A stretch of DNA of 64,000 nucleotides from an uncultured Nitrososphaerota archaeon (GTDB taxonomy: Archaea > Thermoproteota > Nitrososphaeria > Nitrososphaerales > CADDZS01), in the NCBI GenBank assembly GCA_963799845.1, contig CAWCYI010000004.1:928001-992000 (forward strand), given 5' to 3'. The translations under genes were made by a program, and so were the position numbers. Below, one piece after another: positions 19,858 through 29,126 of this stretch; the stretch's first letter is position 1; each line of letters starts with the position of its first letter. The notes below the pieces were generated by a model that was not told the origin of the DNA, did not search any database, and saw nothing but the letters and a program-made list of their open reading frames with translations.

Positions 19858-20652
19858 TTGGATGAAAATATAAACGGAATAAATGTACACTTCATCGACG
19901 TCGGGGTGCAAGACGATAGAAAGTCCCCAGTTGTACTAATCCATGGATTCCCTTTTAGTTCCGAGATGTGGAGCGCCCAGATCCAATTACTAAAAGACGA
20001 ACATCGCGTGATTGCCTACGACATTAGAGGCCATGGCAAGAGCGGTGTTAGCGATGGTCAATACATGCTGGAGTTTTTTGTCGACGATCTAATCGCACTG
20101 CTGGATCATCTCAACGTCTCAAAAGCCGAGTTATGTGGACTTTCTCTGGGTGGGTATATCGCACTACGCACAATAGAAAGAAATCCTGAGAGAGTCTCTT
20201 CACTTATACTTTGTGATACTGGCCCCCAAGCTGATTCAAACGAGGCAAAACTGAGACGCGCCGCCAGCATAAGATCGGTGAAAACTGACGGAGTCAATGC
20301 GTTCGCCGAGACATTCTTGAAGGCAGTTTTTGCACCGGAGAGCTTCCAATCAAAACCTGGAGAAGTGGAAATGATTAGACGGATAATCCAATCCAATTCG
20401 CAAACTGGAATCTGTGGGACATTGCTGGCACTCGCGGGGAGGACCGATACTTCAGATGCCCTATCACGGATCAATGTTCCAACGCTTATTTTGGTTGGAG
20501 AACTGGACAAAGTCACGCCTCCGAATCTCTCTGAGCTGATGCACGATAAGATTCGAAATTCGGAGTTTCACGTACTTCCGAACGCGGCGCATCTGAGCAA
20601 TTTGGAGAATCCTGTTGAATTTAACAAACAATTGACACATTTTGTGGGGTGA
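19858..20652 (+). CDS. Alpha/beta hydrolase (3-oxoadipate enol-lactonase-like)
   Basis: IHGFP, DIRGHG, GLSLGG nucleophile elbow, GELD and AAHL. Confidence 0.93.
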   Translation: MDENINGINVHFIDVGVQDDRKSPVVLIHGFPFSSEMWSAQIQLLKDEHRVIAYDIRGHGKSGVSDGQYMLEFFVDDLIALLDHLNVSKAELCGLSLGGYIALRTIERNPERVSSLILCDTGPQADSNEAKLRRAASIRSVKTDGVNAFAETFLKAVFAPESFQSKPGEVEMIRRIIQSNSQTGICGTLLALAGRTDTSDALSRINVPTLILVGELDKVTPPNLSELMHDKIRNSEFHVLPNAAHLSNLENPVEFNKQLTHFVG

Positions 20653-20759
20653 GGGTTTGCATGATCTTTCCTCTCTTTTTGCTTGAAAAGCAAACTACTC
20701 TAGTCGCGTTCTTCTATGGGGTAGAGGCTATCGATACTACATCGCAATAATCTACCCTT

Positions 20760-20879
20760 ATGAAAGAAAGGATGGACGACTCTGGCAGTATTACTTGCAG
20801 CTGTGGTAAGACCTTTCCCGACCTACAGACGTTTTCTCGGCATCAGCAGGGAATAGATATTACAGTCGTTCCTTCTTAG
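20760..20879 (+). CDS. Small C2H2-like zinc-finger peptide (39 aa; not in the ORF track)
   Basis: ITCSCGKTFPDLQTFSRH. Confidence 0.5.
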   Translation: MKERMDDSGSITCSCGKTFPDLQTFSRHQQGIDITVVPS

Positions 20880-20962
20880 GAAAAGTTCGACAATTGAGTA
20901 GGAATAGTTGAAAGCAACGAATAACCTCTTTCTCTGCACCTGTGTTATGAAATAACCAAGGG

Positions 20963-21235
20963 TTGTGTGATAAAGTGTACAGAACGTTCATTTTTAGCTT
21001 TCCTTTCGACCCATTGGTATCTATACTACAGTGCATTGTCAGTGAATCGAGAGAATCAGAACATGATGCAGACAAGAGGGAATATTTTGTGAAGTCATTT
21101 GCTGAACTCTGTCAAATGTCGAACGGGTTGCTTAAGCTACTTTACAAGAAATCGGTCAAATATGACGCTCTGGTGATCTCTGCTAGCCTAGGGATATTTG
21201 TATTGACAGTCTTAGCCTTTGTTCAGGCAAGTTAA
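20963..21235 (+). CDS. Hypothetical protein with C-terminal TM segment
   Basis: ORF only; start uncertain. Confidence 0.4.
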   Translation: MCDKVYRTFIFSFPFDPLVSILQCIVSESRESEHDADKREYFVKSFAELCQMSNGLLKLLYKKSVKYDALVISASLGIFVLTVLAFVQAS

Positions 21236-21483
21236 CCCGAATTCGAATGTTGAGAGAAATTTTTCGCTGAGTAATAGCGGTGATCTTAGAGGGATGATCG
21301 AGAATAGTTGCCATCCTACAATGACCACATTCCTAGCTCGGAGAATTTCGCTAATTCTTGGAAGTATCAATTCACCGTAAAGCTCCGACATTTAAGACTG
21401 CGAGCTCGTGATCAGCTACTAATTATTGTTTAATTGCCTTGTCTTATAGTGATTTTGTTTTAGCAAACCAAAGTCTTGATGAC

Positions 21484-21538
21484 GACTCAGGAGGACCTTG
21501 GAAAATCGATTCCGCGGCTAGTTGCTCTGGAGAGATAA
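21484..21538 (+). repeat. Repeat family 2, copy 4 (diverged)
   Basis: CTCAG..GGAAAATCGATTCCGCGGCTAGTTGCTCTGGAGAGATAA. Confidence 0.75.
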
Positions 21539-21766
21539 TCTGTTGATTCTTCGAAGAGCACAGATCTTGTTTCTTAGTTCGAATGTGATGTGTGTAAATT
21601 AGTATTCGAACTTCTCACACGTGAAAAATATTACAAGGTTTTTCCTTTTCGATTATGTCTAGGAGATTCTTGTTAAAGTCGTTTCTTGTTTGACAAATCC
21701 AAACGCTTGGTGTTTGTACGATTAAAGAAGATCAGACTCTGCCAGACACATTACTCCGCAGCATAA

Positions 21767-22719
21767 TTATGTTCGCAAGGTTCTTGCGTGCGGTGCATAT
21801 GCTGAGCTATGTTGAAGTTTTTCAAGCTGCTCCTCATACACGGAATATAACGAGATTATCTCCTGCACAATGTCTATTCTCCCGGTTGAAACTCCCTTTT
21901 GAGCCAAAGCCCAATTCAAGATCTGCTGTGCCATGGCCAGGTTCGTAATTATGAGGGCAAAATATCCGTGATGAAGATCATCCAGATTGGCGAAAATTAG
22001 CTGGTCGCCGAGATAGGAAACAATCTCTTCTACGAGATATTTTCGTCTGGGATCGTCGTAGAATATCAAAAGGCCGCAGGCAATACCTCCGCTCAGGAAC
22101 TTCGGATATCTAGTTCAGCCACCAGGTAAAGTGCGTCCCCTTCGCTCAACCGGTTGATCCTTCGCTTTACCGTCTTAGTCGATAGCCCGAGTTCATTAGC
22201 GATATCTGTGTACGGCTTTAGGGGTTCCTTCTGAAGACTTGCAATTATCCTTAGGTCATAGCTTGACAGTGTAATTCTGCAGATTGGAAAAGGCTCACTG
22301 GCACTGGTTATGGAACTGGATCCTGCAATGCTCGAAATGAGTTCCGTCGTCTTCTTCAGCGTCTGCTCGCCTTCGTAGTAAAAGGCTATGCAGAGTGAGG
22401 GCCCGAAGAGATTTTTTATCACAGCAACGCCGGGGATCAGTGATACCTTCTGAATCACTTCCTGTTTTGCGGATGGACTTTTCACATCAAACCAGATTTG
22501 GGCCATCTTCTGATTGACCAAGTTCGGATTAATACCAACCCACCATCCCCTCAGGAATCCTGACCTCCTGAGCCTGTCGATTCTGTTCTTGACGGTATTC
22601 TCGTCGACCTCTAATTTTCTGGCTATGGAAGACAATGACTTCCTGACGTTTGCATCGACGGGAGACGTAGCCTTGCTTTCGAGAATATCATGTATGATTC
22701 TGACATCAAGGCTGTCCAT
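21767..22719 (-). CDS. Tandem-HTH Lrp/AsnC family transcriptional regulator (frameshift near 22095)
   Basis: Two wHTH motifs (IARKLEVDENTVKNRI; IANELGLSTKTVKRRI); C-terminal domain lies in ORF 21767..22069. Confidence 0.88.
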
Positions 22720-22826
22720 TTTTCTTAATCTGATTCCGATATTCGTCTATATTTATCTGATCTGGTGACAATTTTCTATTCAAACTCACGGTGAATTCTT
22801 ATCGTGAAGTTACCAAGCCCCTGAGC

Positions 22827-23246
22827 ATGAGCAAGCAAGAAAACTTACAGACATTCAACGAATGGATAAGCGCGCATAGGGCACACGATCTCGACAAGCT
22901 GATTGGCTTCGTGACCGATGACGTTGTCATCAGAAGCGCAGCCGGCGAGAACATGCCGCCAGCCAATGGGAAGGCCGAAGCCCGAGAGCACTGGCAGGGG
23001 ATATACAACACGTTTCCAGACTTTAAGATGGAAGCTGTTGCTCTAACTGCAGAAGACGATAGATTAGTCGCCGAAATCTCGCATGGAGGAACTATGAAGG
23101 GAAAGATGGGCAATCAAGAACCAACAGGGAAATCCTATCGGTTAACTGGAGCTTTCCGAATGGACTTCACAAACGGCAAGATTCAGCATATCCAATCATA
23201 CTGGGACACGGCTTCGATGGCGGGTCAGTTGGGCTTACTGCCTTAA
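22827..23246 (+). CDS. SnoaL-like ester cyclase family protein
   Basis: AHDLD, TFPDF, HGGT, PTGK and SYWD; divergent from the Lrp/AsnC gene. Confidence 0.9.
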   Translation: MSKQENLQTFNEWISAHRAHDLDKLIGFVTDDVVIRSAAGENMPPANGKAEAREHWQGIYNTFPDFKMEAVALTAEDDRLVAEISHGGTMKGKMGNQEPTGKSYRLTGAFRMDFTNGKIQHIQSYWDTASMAGQLGLLP

Positions 23247-23362
23247 CGACCCCCCCTCCTTCTTTATTTCTGCCCAAAAAAACGGTTAATTTTAGCCAAC
23301 TAACTGTTTGAAGTTGCTTTTCTGATTCCTTTGAGACTGCGATTCACTTAGTTACGAACTAC

Positions 23363-23398
23363 TCAAACTATCCAACGATATCGTTGGGATGCCTGAGT
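23363..23398 (+). repeat. Repeat family 3 hairpin, copy 2
   Basis: TCAAACTATCCAACGATATCGTTGGGATGCC; contains the perfect palindrome CCAACGATATCGTTGG. Confidence 0.55.
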
Positions 23399-23640
23399 TG
23401 AGGCGCAGATCACCTTGAACCCGAATTCAACCTCAAAGAATAGATCTTGGCGCGCCATTCGTCTACCCATTCATTCATCTCTCCAGCTTTGACTCGGGTA
23501 GCCACGAAACTGGAATTCCATATCGGAATGTCTTAATATTTTTAGATCACAATGTTATCCTGATCGTTATCCTTTTGTTCAATCGGTTGCGATAACCAAG
23601 TTCTTCAGCTCGTATGAGGTAGGTCAACAAAACGAAAATC

Positions 23641-24219
23641 TTGGTTATGTCGGATACACACTATCCGCTGACAGACACAAAGCAATTCCTGAGCATCATA
23701 AACGAAGAACGGCCAGACAAAACAATCTTCTTGGGAGATAACGTCCAGAATATCAGTTATGCCGATGAATTCCTACGGCTAATTCAAACATCTCCTTGCA
23801 AAGACTACTCCTTCATAGTGGGTGACCATGATTTTTCTCAACATGGTGAAAAATCACTGACTCTGGATCTAAATGGTAGAAAACTCATTTTCATTCATGG
23901 GTTTCAATTTAATTTACATTCGGAGTATATGACGGGCAGGTTAGCGTCCACACTGAGAAAGCTAGATAGCAATTTACCCGTGCTAGGATACGCGGTATTC
24001 TCAAAAATCAAATCGCGAACCAATAACACCTATTTGATACTCGGACACTCTCACGCGCTAAAGTTCTTTCCGAGATTGAAGATAGCTTGCGCCGGTTGTT
24101 TGACGACCGAGAAAAACATCTACAACGACAGGGGATATCTGGTCTTCAATACAGTGGATGACAGTGTGTTACTTTCTGTTAACAAGCTTGATGGTGGTAG
24201 TCACATCTTCGAAATCTAG
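23641..24219 (+). CDS. Metallophosphoesterase (calcineurin-like); start uncertain
   Basis: SDTH, LGD, GDHD, FIHG and GHSH. Confidence 0.88.
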   Translation: MVMSDTHYPLTDTKQFLSIINEERPDKTIFLGDNVQNISYADEFLRLIQTSPCKDYSFIVGDHDFSQHGEKSLTLDLNGRKLIFIHGFQFNLHSEYMTGRLASTLRKLDSNLPVLGYAVFSKIKSRTNNTYLILGHSHALKFFPRLKIACAGCLTTEKNIYNDRGYLVFNTVDDSVLLSVNKLDGGSHIFEI

Positions 24220-24744
24220 CTATACACAAAAGCACGTACTGGTGCTGTTGTTTCCAGACGGGCCGTTTGTAATCAAACAAGGTGATGTTACGGTCGTGGT
24301 GTTGTAAGTGATTAATGAATCAACGGTGATGTTTTCGTATGATGTAGTGGTCGTAATGCTCGTTGATGTGGCGAGCGTGGCGTTAAAGTATTGATCAGTC
24401 GCATTTGTGGGAAACTGATAGATCGTAGAAGATTCACTAGTGTATCCTAGAAAACACACTGCATTTTCAACGATTTCCGTGACAAGCACCAATTGAACTA
24501 TCTTCTGCGGCCTGAGGGATTCATTTACTGTCTTCGTCAAGGTCGTTTCTGCTGTCTGATTAGAAACCAGAGTCGTTAGAAACTGTCTAATTATAGTCTG
24601 GTTCGAAATGATCTTTACAGTTCGAAGAACGGTACTTGTCTCCGTAGTAGTCGAGTAAAAAGAAAGGCTGATCGAAAGACCAATTAAAAGAACCATGAAA
24701 GCAACAACAAGTATAACGATCAGGACTTTAATTGTGGAGCTCAA
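24220..24744 (-). CDS. Thr-rich membrane-anchored protein
   Basis: N-terminal TM segment, Thr runs and C-terminal Cys residues. Confidence 0.65.
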   Translation of the reverse strand: MSSTIKVLIVILVVAFMVLLIGLSISLSFYSTTTETSTVLRTVKIISNQTIIRQFLTTLVSNQTAETTLTKTVNESLRPQKIVQLVLVTEIVENAVCFLGYTSESSTIYQFPTNATDQYFNATLATSTSITTTTSYENITVDSLITYNTTTVTSPCLITNGPSGNNSTSTCFCV

Positions 24745-25071
24745 TCGGAAGGAATCTAACAGTAGAATCTATTTTAGGATTGTTTTGTAATCGCTCATGA
24801 TAGGTTGTTTAGGCACCGACGAAAATCCTGCAAGTAATTTTTGCAATGCCCAACAAACACTGCATTGCTATGAAGAATGGATTAAGAAATAATTACCTAG
24901 AGTGGGGTTATCGTGAGCTTCTGCAGAGGTCCGCCACGTTCGCAGACATGCCTCACGCGTACCACATTACCCGAGATTTCGCGAATCTCTGAGCCGTCTA
25001 GGATAGGAATAGTTGTATCTATTCATAGATAACCTTTTCGCTATTTCCACTCTGTACTCGCAAGATCGAAA

Positions 25072-26059
25072 TCAGATCGGGTATTCGCCACACGCAGTGC
25101 AAAAAGTAGCCAAATTAGTTATATTCGAATTGCACGCGGAGCATACTCTTCGCGATCTATCTGGCCGGAGGGCCGAACGCATTTCGGTAAATTTCGTAGT
25201 AATGCAATTGTTCCTTGTCGCGCAATCTTTCTCCGTCACTTTCAAAGTACCGTCTCTTCTTCTCGCTGAATTCATCGTTGAGAATTTTCATCGAATAAAA
25301 CTGAGGGAGGATCGTCGTCCCAGAACCGTACTCTATCGGGGTCTTTTTTCTCCACACAATCTCTTCAGGAAGCTTGCTTTCGAATGCTTTTCTCAACAGA
25401 TACTTTCCAAAGACCTGACCTTCTCTCTTCCCTACGAGGTACTCGAAGGGTATCTCCTTCATTGCGAAATCTCTAACCCTCTCGTCGAGGAATGTGAGTA
25501 TTGCTTTGATTTCTAGTGACCTCGCGAGCGGAATCGAGGAGAAGTGCATCACTTCCCACAAGTGTTTGAGTTTAGCTTGGGCCTCTGCTTTCTGGAGTGA
25601 ATTTACAAAACTGTATCCTGCAAAAAGTTCATCCGCCGCGTCTCCCGTCAGAACTCGCTGAAAACCTTTGGATTCCGCCCTCTCTAGTCCAAGAAAAACA
25701 GTAACACTGTTCCTAACTTCCATCGGATCGAAAGACTTGAGTGTCTTGATGACTTTTGGTAATGATGATTCTATTTCGTTAAAGTTGACTTCGATGATAT
25801 CGTGTCGAATCCCGAATTTCCCGGCAAGCATCTTGGAAAAGTCGAGATCAGGCGCAGGAGAATCTTTCAATATCACCGTAAATGCGTGGATTTTCTGATC
25901 AAGTGACGTCGCGATTGTAACGATAATGCTAGTGTCCAGTCCTCCAGAGAGGAGGATCGAATCTCCATTTCCATCTTGGACGGATGAATAAAGCAGCTCT
26001 TTGAGTCTCGAAGAGGTTTGCTCGAGACTTATCTCCAAACTGGTCACGGAGAAGTACAA
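25072..26059 (-). CDS. Asparagine synthase-like protein (no glutaminase domain) with C-terminal zinc ribbon (frameshift near 25165)
   Basis: LSGGLDTS, LTGDAADELFAGY, GKYLLR and WRKKTP; tail CSAC..FCTACG is in another frame. Confidence 0.88.
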
Positions 26060-26529
26060 TTACCGCTACAGAAGCTCCAGGCGAAGACGGAGTCGTTGGT
26101 TACCTGAAGTTCGTCGGGGCCGACCGGTGCCTGTTGCCATGAAGTCGTCTTGTTGTAGGTCCACAAGAGCCAGTACATCGTATTCGTATTCCCTACATTC
26201 AAGATCGCTGTAACAAAATGAGACTGATACTGCGGATAGTAAGTCGCGTTGACGTCGCCCTTAGCAATTATCTGCGTTTCTACGTAGAGGTTAGTTCCGG
26301 GCTGCACGTTTGTAACGTTGTACCAATTTCTGGTCCCATTCCCGAAATCGATCAGGACATTTGAAAGGTACTTGACGTTCAACTGATTCAATTCTTGAAC
26401 ATAGGTCGAATTCTCCGAAGCAACCTGGCTGTACTGGTAGTAGTACAATCCCGCAATGCTTGACACAATCACTATTATCGCGACGAGGACCGCGATCAGG
26501 CCGTAGATAGATCTCGGCCGCGTCGTCAA
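26044..26529 (-). CDS. DUF4430-like membrane-anchored extracytoplasmic protein (ECF-associated)
   Basis: TM segment, IDFGNGT, FVTAI, YWLLW and W..APVG. Confidence 0.75.
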   Translation of the reverse strand: MTTRPRSIYGLIAVLVAIIVIVSSIAGLYYYQYSQVASENSTYVQELNQLNVKYLSNVLIDFGNGTRNWYNVTNVQPGTNLYVETQIIAKGDVNATYYPQYQSHFVTAILNVGNTNTMYWLLWTYNKTTSWQQAPVGPDELQVTNDSVFAWSFCSGNCTSP

Positions 26530-27138
26530 TTTGCAGAACCTCCATTTGAGCTGAGAGGTTGCGTTCCCTCAACCGTCGAAGACAGTAATTTGTTACTTTG
26601 CGGTCTCAAACGTCTGAAGTAAACTATGATAACTGATGCGAGAGCCGCCCCGATCACGAAGTCTCCGAGCTCATGGAACACCATGAACGGAACCCCAAAC
26701 GCTTCAAAATAAAGGAACTTTGCCAAAGTCAGATAGGGCCACGTCGCTATGATGGCTGTGCCGAAATTTGTGATAGTATCCCAGAAAAAAGCGCAGATCG
26801 CCATTATCGAGCCGAAGATTAGGTTCAGAGAAGAAACGGGGGCGATGTCCTGACCCCAGACCCTTGAAGCCCCCCAGCCAGCCAAAACGTAGACCAAATT
26901 TCCTGCGATAAGAAACGGGATGATTGGTCCTCCGAAACCATAAGGGCTGATACTTCCCCAAATCAATTCAGAGAGAACAGCTGATAGACGTACCAATTTT
27001 AAGACCGAGGGAATAGGTCGAGGCAAAGGTGAGAGTAAATACGAGCTTGACGTTTGGTATCGGAGCGAGTACATAGTCGCTTGCAATGATCAGTGAAGTG
27101 AAAATAGCAATGATTGAAATACTCTTTGTAGATTGCAT
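26526..27138 (-). CDS. ECF transporter S-component-like membrane protein (frameshifted near the 5' end)
   Basis: MQSTKSISIIAIFTSLIIASDYVLAPIPNVKL, then ISPYGFGG, FWDTITN and GVPFMVFHE. Confidence 0.75.
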
Positions 27139-27242
27139 GGCTGGCTGGCTTAGCCAGACAGCTCCTTAAGCATTTCGTGGGAGGCCAAAAAGGGAAATGA
27201 AGGGAGGAAAACATCCTCCCGATTGATCGGATTTTCGCGTTA

Positions 27243-28043
27243 CTAGCCCAGCAGATAGACGACCTGCACCTGCATGGTGTATTGAGTCTGGCCCGGCGAG
27301 ATCGGGACCGAGTAATTCACTGAAGTAGTTGACGCGAGGACAACCTCACTGCCGTATGAGTAGTAGTTTGGCTGCTGATAGTTAGATCCAAGAACTGAAA
27401 CACTCTGTATTCCAACGATCTTCACGTTCTCTGATCCTGCTGTCAGGAGAGCGGTCTCATTCGCACTGGCGATTGCATTCTTTAGAGCCTGATTTTGGAG
27501 CTGAGTCTGCAGAGAATTTGAAAGTACGTACTGGATGCTCTGAATCTGGTTTACTCCGGCATTCACGGCCGCATTGATTACGCTGTCAAGCTTGGAGACG
27601 TCACTGCCCGAGAGAGTTACCTGAACGTTGTTGCTCGCCTGATACCCGTTTATGGTGTTGGAATACTGCGCATAGGTCGGACCAAAATTGAAGTTTGTAG
27701 TCTGAACATCGCTGCTGTTGATTCCCACGCCCTTTTCGATTGCGGTAATAACGTTCGTCATGTTAGCGCTGTTTTGCAATAGAACGGAAGTAGCGTTCGG
27801 CCCCGAATTTGTCACGCCCAGGACGATCTGGACCTCATCCGGTATCGCGCTTGCGATTCCGACACCCGGAACTGAGATCGTTGACGGCGTGCTGCTGCTA
27901 TTTGTCGAAACCGTGCTCACAGTATCGGCTTGAGAGGCCCTCGACACTGTCGCGGAATACGCGACAAGCCCGAGGAAGGCCACGGCTAGGATTGCTATCA
28001 CAAGAGATATTCCCACTATCTTACCAGACATATTGTTGCTCAT
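27243..28043 (-). CDS. SIMPL (DUF541) domain protein
   Basis: TISVPGVG..PD, GYQASNNVQV, AGVNQI and ALKNAIASA. Confidence 0.9.
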   Translation of the reverse strand: MSNNMSGKIVGISLVIAILAVAFLGLVAYSATVSRASQADTVSTVSTNSSSTPSTISVPGVGIASAIPDEVQIVLGVTNSGPNATSVLLQNSANMTNVITAIEKGVGINSSDVQTTNFNFGPTYAQYSNTINGYQASNNVQVTLSGSDVSKLDSVINAAVNAGVNQIQSIQYVLSNSLQTQLQNQALKNAIASANETALLTAGSENVKIVGIQSVSVLGSNYQQPNYYSYGSEVVLASTTSVNYSVPISPGQTQYTMQVQVVYLLG

Positions 28044-28170
28044 GGTCTGGAGTAGACAAAGGGCGGCCGATTTAGTTCTAGGGTAAAGAACAGTGATGTT
28101 GACTCTCAGAACGATCCCGAATGAAATGGCAAGGAAGCGTTATTTGGCTGCAGTCCAGTTTTAGGTCCCT

Positions 28171-28464
28171 ATGGTCAGGACATGGGTCTCCGGCGGCCAG
28201 AACACCGAGGTGGTCGACAGACTCCGAAGGGAAATCTCCGATCTTGAGGCCAAGAGGGACAAACTGGTCGACTCTAACAAGTCAAAACTATTCCAGTGGG
28301 CGTCGCGCGCGCTCAAATCAGACAGCATACCTTCAGGAAACTTGACAAAAGAAATCAGGGAGATTATGGCAGAATACGAGTCGATAACCCAGGAGCTCTT
28401 TGACAAGGAAGTGCTTCTTTCAGAGAGAATGGACGAGCAGGCGAAATTCGATTCATTGGGCTGA
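28171..28464 (+). CDS. Hypothetical coiled-coil protein
   Basis: ATG start; charged helical composition. Confidence 0.6.
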   Translation: MVRTWVSGGQNTEVVDRLRREISDLEAKRDKLVDSNKSKLFQWASRALKSDSIPSGNLTKEIREIMAEYESITQELFDKEVLLSERMDEQAKFDSLG

Positions 28465-28532
28465 TTGTCCATTATTGTGTTTCTAAAGTTTCGTTAAAAT
28501 CCGTCTGAATTTCATTTTGAGGTCGGAACGCT

Positions 28533-28895
28533 TTGCGCAGTTCGGCAGGCTTCATCGTGGGAATTCTCTTTCTCTCTTTGGGAAGCTTGATTATGATTAC
28601 AAAACTTCTTACTCCAACTATATGTTCGTGTCCAGCTCAACAGGTCGGACAGCCGAATACTTGTGTCTGCCAACCCGACTTGTCATTCTATCTCTCAATG
28701 ATTTTCGGCTTGATTATAGTCACAATGGGGGTCGCAATTGCAATCAACTACGGCAGAAATCCAAGAGCTTCGGGAATCTTTGGAAGTAGTGACCCCAGAA
28801 AATTAGGCGCACAAAACTGTTCAAAACATAATCCTGTTTACCAATCTGGAAAAATAGACACTTTCTCCGAGGTCTTAATTACTAGATTTCATTGA
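28533..28895 (+). CDS. Small 2-TM protein with a CSCP..CVC loop
   Basis: Two TM segments flanking a four-Cys loop. Confidence 0.55.
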   Translation: MRSSAGFIVGILFLSLGSLIMITKLLTPTICSCPAQQVGQPNTCVCQPDLSFYLSMIFGLIIVTMGVAIAINYGRNPRASGIFGSSDPRKLGAQNCSKHNPVYQSGKIDTFSEVLITRFH

Positions 28896-28950
28896 TTCTT
28901 ATATAGAATTTTTTTTCTGCGTTTCACACACGTGAGCACTTTTCAGCCAA

Positions 28951-29070
28951 AGAGCTGACGTTCAAGCTTTGTAAGCTCAGAAGAGCTTGAAACGAGCTGA
29001 ACGGAGCTCAGTAAGCTCGGAACGAATTGAACGGAGCACAAAGAAAGTGGCGATGGAGAGGGGGCCCCCT
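28951..29070 (+). repeat. Repeat family 4, copy 1: phased AGCT array plus AGGGGGCCCCCT palindrome
   Basis: AGCT every 9-12 bp; shares GCTTGAAACGAGCTG and the G/C palindrome with 55590-55695. Confidence 0.7.
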
Positions 29071-29126
29071 AGGAGTTCTACAATCGTTCGTGTGTACTCC
29101 TTAGAAAATGGAATCCGAAGGGCCTT

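Noticed and set aside
21578-21676. FECDVCKLVF zinc-finger-like peptide
   Set aside because: In-frame stop directly upstream and no His ligands
27139-27242. Cobalamin riboswitch upstream of the ECF gene
   Set aside because: The gap is only about 100 bp with simple hairpins and no B12-box consensus
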